Made by a program: the position numbers and the translations under genes. Below the pieces are notes generated by a model. It was not told where the DNA came from. It saw only the letters and a list, made by a program, of their open reading frames with translations, and made no database searches. This document shows, piece after piece, positions 54,749 to 64,000 of a stretch of DNA of 64,000 nt (its first letter is position 1; the number at the start of each line of letters is the position of its first letter). This DNA comes from Octopus sinensis. Lineage: Eukaryota. Location: the NCBI RefSeq assembly GCF_006345805.1, contig NC_042998.1:72168001-72232000 (forward strand). The letters run 5' to 3'.

Positions 54749-55291
54749 TGCTTAGCGGTATTTCGTCGGCCGCTACGTTCTGAGTTCAAATTCCGCCGAT
54801 GTCGACTTTGCCTTTCATCCTTTTGGGGTCGATTAAAAAAGTACCAGTTACGCACTGGTAACATATAATCGACTTAATCCGTTTGTCTGTCCTTGTTTGT
54901 CCTCTCTGTGTTTAGCTCCTTGTGGGTAGTAAAAAAATAGGTAATTCGTCTGCCATTACGTTCTGAGTTCAAATTCCGCTGAGGTCGACTTTACTTTTCA
55001 TCCTTTCGGGGTCGAGAAATAAAGTACCAGTTACGTACTGGGGTCGATGTAAGCGATTTAATCCGTTTGTCTGTCTTTGTCTGTCCCCTCTATGTTTAGC
55101 CCCTTGTGGGTAATGAAGAAACAGGTATTTCGTCTGAGTTCAAGTTCTGCCGATGTTGATTTTGCCTGTCATCCTTTCGGGGCCGATTAAGTAAGTACCA
55201 GTTACACAATGGGTCGATGCAATCGTCTTAATCCCTTTGTCTGTCCTTGTTTGTCCCCTCTTGTTTAACCCTTTGTGGACAACAAAGAAAT
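54749..55291 (+). repeat. Head-to-tail trimer of 5'-truncated SINE family A units (~165-190 bp)
   Basis: Three consecutive ggtatttcgtc..gagttcaa..gtaccagttac..ttgtgg..gaaata units. Confidence 0.92.
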
Positions 55292-55361
55292 ATATATATA
55301 TCAAGTCATCCCATATGTTCTGTTGGATTTTTAACTTTTTAAAGTGAGCATGCTTTTTAAA

Positions 55362-55524
55362 GGCGCAGGAGTGGCTGTGTGGTAAGTAGCTTGCTAACCA
55401 ACCACATGATTCCGGGTTCAGTACCACTGCGTGGCATCTTGGGCAAGTGTCTTCTGCTATAGCCCCGGGACGACCAATGTCTTCTGAGTGGAATTGGTAG
55501 ACGGAAACTGAAAGAAGACTGTCG

Positions 55525-55578
<54 letters not shown>

Positions 55579-55797
55579 GCGTGTGTTTGTGTGTCTGTGT
55601 TTGTCCCCCTAGCATTGCTTGACAACCGATGCTGGTGTGTTTACGTCCCCGTAACATAGCGGTTCGGCTAAAGAGACCGATAGAATAAGTACTGAGCTTA
55701 CAAAGAATAAGTCCCGGGGTCGATTTGCTCGACTAAAGGCGGTGCTCCAGCATGGCCGCAGTCAAATGACTGAAACAAGTAAAAGAGTAAAAGAGTA
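55362..55797 (+). mobile_element. CORE-type SINE family B, full length
   Basis: A box tggctgtgtgg, B box ggttcagtacc, CORE-like gcatcttgggcaagtgtctt, internal (TA)n(TG)n, tail ending (aaagagta)2. Confidence 0.92.
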
Positions 55798-57099
55798 TGC
55801 TACAGGTGTCTGATCTGGAACGGCAATGAACCAAAGTTACAGAGCGTTTTGGTGAAGCTAGGGGTGAATTGTATTTAATGGCCTGTTGTTCGTATATCAT
55901 AAAGAAACATTACACAAATCCATCACAGTATAACTTACCAGATGGAGAAGCCCTTGGTCAGTCGTAATCGATGGAGCGCTTAGAGGATATAATTAGTGTC
56001 GCTAATTTAATGCGATACTGACTTTTCGAAACAGTAAGATGGAAATATTAGTAGTCAATGGAATCGAAGTAGTAGTCAATAGGTATAAATTTGAATTTCT
56101 GGCTCGAAGGAATAATCACAGATATTAGAGAAAAAGATTTGTTGTAGGTTGGAGGTTGTAAAACAGACGTGTTTAGAAGGGTATGGCTATATATTTACCA
56201 TATGATTAGCATTCTTTGTAATCGATGCTCTATGGAATGGGCTGCTGAAATCAAAATACATGATACATACAGTTAATATTCGAGTGTGCCTGTGTCGCTA
56301 TAACGTCGTCTCACACTGGAAAAAAATTATTTCTGATATTACATTACTCTCTCTCACAAACCTGAAGTAGCTAAGTCTTATATTTTAAAGTCAAAATTAT
56401 AAATAATCTGATATTAATGTGAGAGAAGAGAGGAACCAAATAATCTTGGATTGAATTATTAGGTAACCGTGTTTTGGTAGCAAACAAACAGATATGCTGC
56501 CAAACACAACTTATTTGTGACTCAGCGGAACACAGGATTCTTATCCTTACTTAGATGGCAGCATGAAAGCTTCGGTGTCTGGCGTAATTGTCAAACGGTA
56601 CTACTATTTCTGTAATCAAGAAGACAGAAGGAGAAAGTTTAGGATACACTTATCATGTGATAGCTAGTTTTATAATCGATACTGATTCTAGTGTAACCAT
56701 TAAGTTTCTGAATTGCGTACCGACCTCCCACTGAGCAACTCTTGTCTCTCTTTATCACACAATATAAAACCGCTATAGTGAGCTCTTAAGTCTCGATTTA
56801 AGAACCGTATTTGTTGCTTCAAAATGAATGGTATATTAAAAATACCTAACAAAAAACCGATAAGGGTAGACAGCATATTCGAAATTTCTAGGAAGGCGTG
56901 TGTCATTTTAGACCTAAAATTATTTGATGATACTACTCAGGACTTCATATGGTATATCTCCACTGAAAACCTAGTCATTGTCATCAATTTCCCTGTCGAG
57001 ATATCAGTCTTTTGCGGATAATGTCATCAAAATATTATTTTTAGTTATCTAATGGATAGATGCCAGAAAATATGCGTAAACTGTAGGCGAATCTAAGAG

Positions 57100-58650
57100 T
57101 ATTGTATCAAGGAAGCCTGAACCTAAACTGCCTATCTTAACAACCAAAGAATGTCAGCCAATTATCTCATGCAAAAAAGAACGTAACATACATAATTTAT
57201 CCAGAAGTAATTGTGCAGCATTACTTTTTATCACTGAAAAAATATTCAAATGATGCATTAAAGATGAGTCCAGTCCACATAGAAAATTAATCGTCATTTC
57301 GTGCAAGATTACATCCTCAAATAGAACGTGATACAGTCAATATGATCGTCATTAAGATGCTTCTTACAGATGAAAAGCTGACATTAAACGACCGGAAAAA
57401 AAGGTGTCATCGAGCAATGGCACACTGTACCAATATTTCTTCTGCTGCAGCAGCCAAAAAATCAAAACAGTCTTCAACAGCGTGGTTTTGATATCTCAGA
57501 AGTATCATTTTCAGGATTTTATGTGATTACATAAAACCGCAGAGACGCCTTTGTTTCAGATTCTTTCTACATTTTCCTTTATCCTCTATTAACGTCTACA
57601 AGGTATGTTGCAACTAAAATTTGTGTCATGCGCTACATACGGCTCAAATTTAAGACCAGGCAAGCAGTTAACATTCACAATCTTCAGATGCTTTTTTAGT
57701 TACTTGGTAAGATAATACACACACCAAAATATTTCGCCCTATATCAGCAACACTGACTCTACATTATGCAGGCATGTAGTGCGCGTACCCTTTTAACGTT
57801 CGTTCCATAAAATCCTACAGTCAAGTATAGTTTAGTCACATTTGATTAAAGTACCACAGAGGCGATTACAAAACCATCTAAACAGAATACAATGAATAAC
57901 AACATCAAATCTTCAAGAAAGGAACACATTACATTGCATCATCGTGTTATATAGCTTGTCGCCCTCTTGATGATGGATTGATGTTATTGAGAAAAAATAT
58001 ACTCAGCCCTTCTAAGATAAATAGCAATGTATGAAGCACATTTCTTGATTTTCAAATAAATATCATCACGCTCCGTCAGCACCCGAACCTGGAGATGAGA
58101 GATTAGAATATGCTATCATTAAAGGATCCGCCAATGGAGGGAAAGCGACTTTATCCGATTCAAATTTTCAATCGTACCTAAACAATTTTATTCCGATGTA
58201 GGTCAATTTTCTTCATTATAATACTCAAATATTAGAAACATAGTTTGTAATTCCATATCTTTTTATGGCTAACCAGCAAGACCAGAGTGTATCCTAGGAG
58301 GGGTTTTCTTGAATTCGGAATTACGTCTATCATTTAATGAGGGCATTTGGAAATACATGTTGTAATGATGCATGATTAAATGACATTTCATCTACAATAA
58401 ATATACGTAAAAACAGCTTACAGAAAAGATCAATCACATGTTACAAGAGCAAGTCTGTGAAAACCAAATCCATGATGTGAAAACGAATTGGTTTGAGAAA
58501 ATACATATAAAGGCTCCGTTATATACGTGTATGTCCCTAGAATCTACACAAATATTCCTTTCTGTCTGGGTGAAGATTCTGTGTCGCAAGAAATTATTCT
58601 CATCAGTACTAATAAAAGACATAAATTATAGGATGTATCATATCAATTGA
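57100..58650 (+). pseudogene. Possible very old LINE reverse-transcriptase remnant
   Basis: FRPISATL at ~57732 and STTEAI ~40 codons later, the spacing of RT motifs 1-2. Otherwise unreadable. Confidence 0.3.
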
Positions 58651-60519
58651 ATTGTCTGTTTAGTATGTGGAACGTAAGGAAACATCACCATGTATTATTT
58701 ATTACTTGAAGGTTAAGGCCTTACTTGAATTAGAATAATAAAATGGAAGCATCTTCTACGATTGTTTCTTTCTTTCATATATTAAAACAGAATCCCGAGT
58801 AATTTTGAATTCATAACTCTAACAAGAGAGAACATAATTTGTTATATCGATATGTAACAAATCTTAAAACGAGAGTAAAAACTATTTTATAGTGTTATAT
58901 AGAACATTGCTGCATATCGTACAAGTGTTTCGTTGCTGAATTCGTATGAATGCAGTTTCAAAATAGTAATACGAGTTTAACATTTGAAAGTATGAATTGC
59001 TCATTACGTCCATTCTAATTATAAAATATAATCAATAGCGAGATAAAATATCACGATTGATATGCTTACCTAACCGAGATGTATCGCTTATACCCTACTG
59101 AAATATAGCTACGATATTTCTAGTCATACATATCGTCGGTGAATTCAGAATATACCGACGATACTACGAATACTCATTTAACAATATCCTGTAGAGATTG
59201 ATATTTCCTAATGTCTTATTTATATGAAAATGTAAATACAAATGTGTGTGGATGTAAGGTAGTATATTTTATGCAGATATAATTCGCCCACTCTGACTAT
59301 CTGTATGTACTTTCGGCTTCCATACAAGTAAATTGAAAAAAAAATGTAAACACGCTTGTTGCTGTTAGTGAGGCAATATTTCTTCGCAATGTAAATTTCT
59401 GATGAAGTCAGAAATGATAAGGATATTACAAGGCTGGGTATATTTTCCATTTTATGAATATTAAACCAAATCAATGAATATTAAGTAAATAATATTTCCT
59501 ATATTTTATTCTTCTTCTATTCAAGTGTTCTTTCTCACTGTGTAGTAACAATGAAGTCATTTAGTCTTTTTTTTTTACCTGCCGCATTTTCCTAGATCCA
59601 CTGAACATTGCTTATGGAGTGAAAATATTTTTCTGTGCATTATGTAGGAAAATAATAATATATCCTGACAACTAAACATCCACATTTCCTGCAGCTGTGC
59701 ACAGGAAACTGTAGTTTTCAATTCATTTGGATTCGAAATGCATTTTCCTATATTTGTATTAACAGTAGGAAATTGCAAGCTTTAATTTTATTTTAGGAAA
59801 AGAAATGATATATTTCCTAGGATAGAATTAAATTATATGTAGACGCGTAATATGATATATATTTTTTTCAGAAAGACAAGTTTTATTTTAATTATATTTT
59901 TTCAGTGGAAAGGAAGCCAGATTTGATGCATAATAACACGAATAGGTAAATAGAAATATGTAATTTTGACGATAATGTATACTTACACACAGCAGGTTCT
60001 CTATACAAATGACAAGTTATGCAAGGGGGAATTAATATTTTCCCTCACGAAATACACATCCCTCTGATGAACTGTTGAAACCAGTTATCCTCGTATCTCG
60101 TATTGTTACTATAATTTATTCCCGTGCTTTCCCCTACATGATATCGTTTGATCAGCGACATTCAGGATTTTAAGGAGCAGAAACATTCTATAGCTACAAA
60201 AGTTTATGCCTCCATTGTCTTTTTTTTTTAGATTTAAAAGTTGTTTGTCTGCGTTAAGCATATAGTTCCTATGCATTACTTAGAAAGTTACGTTTGTGTC
60301 ACCATACTTGACAGCTCAAAATTAATACAATCGGTTTGAAGATGGGAATGAACAAAATAAAGGCATCAGAGGGTCGATACATACTCTGCGCGCACACAAA
60401 AATAGAATATTTAATTTAATAGATATATTCTCAGACGAATTCATATTTCAACAAAATAGCATTTATAGTTATTTCCACTGCTTATCGTTTATGCATATGC
60501 AACAAAGAAAAAAAGGCAA

Positions 60520-60715
60520 TTTTGATTTACATATCCGCCAGTTTTGAAGATGATCAAACCAAAATAATGAGTTCGAGCCAACGAGTATTTCCGTCAAATT
60601 TAGTGAAAATTATTTCAGCTGTTTTCCTGTAATTTTGCAAACACACAGATAAACAGACAGAGACGAGCGACTACTATACCCTGCCTGCGTGCAAAAGCGA
60701 AAGCAGAGTAATAAA
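60520..60715 (+). mobile_element. Helentron/pearl-like non-autonomous element 3' end
   Basis: caaatttagtgaaaatt core, (ACAG)-like microsatellite, then actataccctgcct..gcagagtaata terminal hairpin. Confidence 0.45.
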
Positions 60716-62612
60716 GATTCTATTGAAGATTTAAACTGGTAGCCAGACGGGGAGAGAGTTAGCAACTGAGCAGGTAAAAAAAAACTTGTTTATTTACCCA
60801 AAGACAATCGATCTTTCATTTCATTTCTTATTTAGCCCTATACGTCAATGTTTTGATAAAAAACAAATACCCCCACCACATTGATCATAAATCATGGGTC
60901 ATATAATTTAGTATTGGAATTAAAAGGAGAAAAAAGTTAATGAAACATTCACAACTACTTGTTGAATATTCCATAATTCTACAATTATTCTTCTGATATG
61001 AATGTGTAGGATAACGGCTAATATCTTAGTTTAGGGAATATATGAATTGTTCAATGGTAAGATGTAATATTGTTGCATTTCAAAACAAATCTGTATTTCA
61101 AAGCAAAACAAGTGGAAATTAGGTGGTTTCTACACTATAACGTGTAGCACACATAAGCACACACACACATACACGCACACATACAAATACACACACACAT
61201 ACACATAAACCTCTAGAATTATCTTCCTGAGGCCACCTTGTACTTTACTGGAAAATCTTCAATGTATAATGTTCACTAAATTATGCAAGTTATAGTAGCG
61301 TTGACAAGTGAAATGTCAAAATATGCAAGTTCATTAAAGGCAATTGACTGGGACTTGACGGCGTTCCTGAGAGTTTCTTACCAAGGTAGCTGAGATTTTC
61401 GGAAACAAAATTGTAACAAGTGTAGTAGCAGCCGTAATTTTAGAGCGCTGCCATATAATAATGGTTCCCACACTATATATTGTTTCCACACTAATGCTGC
61501 TTTTGTCGTCTGTTAGCCAAATATATTACCTATTTTTGCTTCTTATGCATTGAGCGTACTTTCGGAATGTAACAGTGTGGGTGATAATGGCGTCAAACAA
61601 ATTTGCCTTATGTACATAATATGTACGTACATTAGATATTTTGAAGAGAAATTAACTTTCTGCTTTATTATTTCCTGTTATGTTTTTCTCTCAGCAATAC
61701 CTCACAGAGTTTCGCACGTTTAATTTTGTTATGCATAACGATCTGTTTGGATAATTTGCAATTATCCATGACCAGTGTATTAGACTAGAATTCGTCTAGA
61801 TACATAAAATAGATGCAAGTTCATTTAATATATAAGTAAACTAGACGCTGATAATTATGGAAAAGAAAAAATATGGAAGTTGAAAAGAACACTTAAGTGA
61901 TAGTAATTTGAAGTTTTTGTTTCTGTTTTGAGTTTAAGACAATCTGTCTCAGACTGAATAAACTGAAAACAAATGCGGTGTAGTCTTATTTGCAACAGAT
62001 CGAAATATAGGGCAATTCCAAAAAAGTGCTATTTTTTTACGAATTAAGTCGATAATCTTGTATCTAACATGAAAGATGTAATGTGTGTCTCCTACTGCAA
62101 TTTTGTTTCCTTCTGCTTTACATATAGAGACATAATATATTTTGTGTTACGTTACTGAATGTGAGAGATAGCGTTCTCTAATATTGGAATGTAAAGCTGT
62201 ACTTTACAGTGTTTCAAGAGTCCACGCTGATGATTTCTCTTTCGCTTATAACTTGTATAGTAGTAGGAAATTTTGGATCATACGATGTTTGGAATAATGT
62301 AACTATCAGTACATGTAATCAGAATGAATCATGTGTCGTGATACAAAGTGCTTGGTTTCTAATTACACCATGACACGATGAATTTGAAGATCGTACAACA
62401 CTTTAGCTACAGGCAGTGGTATATTGCACATCACCTGCTGTCCAATCCAGTTGTGTGCTTCTATATATATTATAAATTCTAATGATATTTTTGGGATTGG
62501 TTTTGTCTGAGCATTTTGAATATTTTATAAGTCAGTAATGTCTTTTGGAAGTCATCTGTCATGCTATTTGGTGCTGATAGAACAACGTCTAGATTTCGGC
62601 ATGAAACGGGCA

Positions 62613-62672
62613 ATGTTGATGATGATGATGATGTTGACGATGATATAACTACTACTACTACTACTACTACTA

Positions 62673-62714
<42 letters not shown>

Positions 62715-62757
62715 AAACCATAACCACTGCTACTACTACTACTACTACTAAAACCAT

Positions 62758-62846
<89 letters not shown>

Positions 62847-62872
62847 GTAATATAATCATGATGACGATGATA
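62613..62872. repeat. Compound trinucleotide microsatellite (GAT)n(ACT)n(AAT)n
   Basis: Directly visible; source of the poly-D/T/N and poly-V/L pseudo-ORFs. Confidence 0.95.
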
Positions 62873-64000
62873 AGAAACAAATACAGGCTACAATAAGGGT
62901 GGAGCATTTGCAGAAACAGCACTGCTTGAAATCGCTCGAATACTCTGGAAGGCGCTAGAAAAATATAGGGTGTTACCTTGGTTCACTGGTAGTGAACAGC
63001 TGACACTGTAGAATATGTCTAGCGTTAGAAGATGTGCAAAGGCAATGATAATAACTTACAAAGCATTGGATTATATCCACGTAAGTTAATACTCATTAAA
63101 ATTTATCTCTATTTTCCAAATGAAATTTTGTATTTTGATTGTGTATCATCTTCATCACTGGCACAAAACGTGTAAACACTTTCGCCACATTACGGTTCAA
63201 ATCAACATCACACCATATCCGTCCTCAACCACCATAAACACAAAAATAAATGAAAAATAAATTAAATAATAATCGCATTATCCAACCGAAAAAGAGCAAA
63301 CTTGAAGTACGTAATTTAAACATATTACACAAAAAGTACGAAAAACAACACGTGTAAAACAATTTAACACCAGAAATGTACGTACCGGTACCCTACAAAA
63401 ATGATGACCATAAAAATAAAGGGCTGGATGTTATTCCTCACGCCCCGCAAATCAAATCAAAAAGCATATATAGACAGGTGAGGATATATTTCAATCTTAA
63501 ACGCTTACTTTACGGTAGTGCTCTACTCACAGAACGAAAACATGACAACATATACAGATTAAATCTGGTTAAATAATCTAGATAAAGATTTGGATATAGT
63601 AATGAACTCTAATAAACTAGCTAACAAACGCAGATATATTCTCAAAGCAAAAACAATATCAGAAATAGAAGAAATAACACTCAAAAGGAAAAACACACCA
63701 GGAAAACGTAGATAGTGACCACCTAGAATTGCTAAATAATATCATAAGCAGTGGGGCTATAAAATACTAAGGCAGACGTAAGATGTCCAACACAAACGAA
63801 GTAAGCAACGAAAGACAACAAACCCAAACTGTAGGAAAACATAATGATGAGCAAAATGAAGTAAACCATACTAGGTAAGTAGCAAAATTCAGAACAATGT
63901 ATATCTGAGGTGAAGGAGCAACTAAAGTGAGATGACCTCACCAAAGCACGAAGAAGACGCTGGTATGAGAAATGCCAACGTTTCTTTGAACGAAACAAAC

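Noticed and set aside
59895-59950. Candidate 40-nt micro-exon (ttttttcag...ag|gtaaat)
   Set aside because: No supporting neighbouring exons or recognisable peptide.
60064-60092. ctgatga-actgtt-gaaac-ca-gtt hammerhead-like string
   Set aside because: Stem II cannot form and the flanks are not complementary.
63300-64000. A-rich strand-biased block, possibly a decayed retroelement
   Set aside because: No diagnostic motif could be read.

Overview
AT-rich, microsatellite-dense eukaryotic DNA. The SINE repertoire looks like octopus/coleoid cephalopod (my recognition, not a database result). I cannot support any intact protein-coding gene: the ORF track is mostly (TA)n/(CA)n/(TATC)n read-through or transposon debris. 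The window is a mobile-element graveyard containing decayed Tc1 and mariner transposases, a HERO/R2-type and a CR1/L2-type LINE, Helitron-type non-autonomous elements, three tRNA-derived SINE families and several Penelope-like elements (PLEs) sitting in (TA)n tracts. Most notable: (i) hammerhead-ribozyme motifs in PLE termini, including a 157-bp near-perfect palindrome with a hammerhead on each strand (25006-25341); (ii) a 1.3-kb composite PLE-(TA)n-LINE segment copied in inverted orientation into the middle of an old SINE 1.15 kb away (45282-49005); (iii) a LINE 3' end matching the tail of a CORE-type SINE; (iv) five long local inverted repeats between 21.6 and 49 kb. All alignments were done by eye, and boundaries of decayed elements are approximate.
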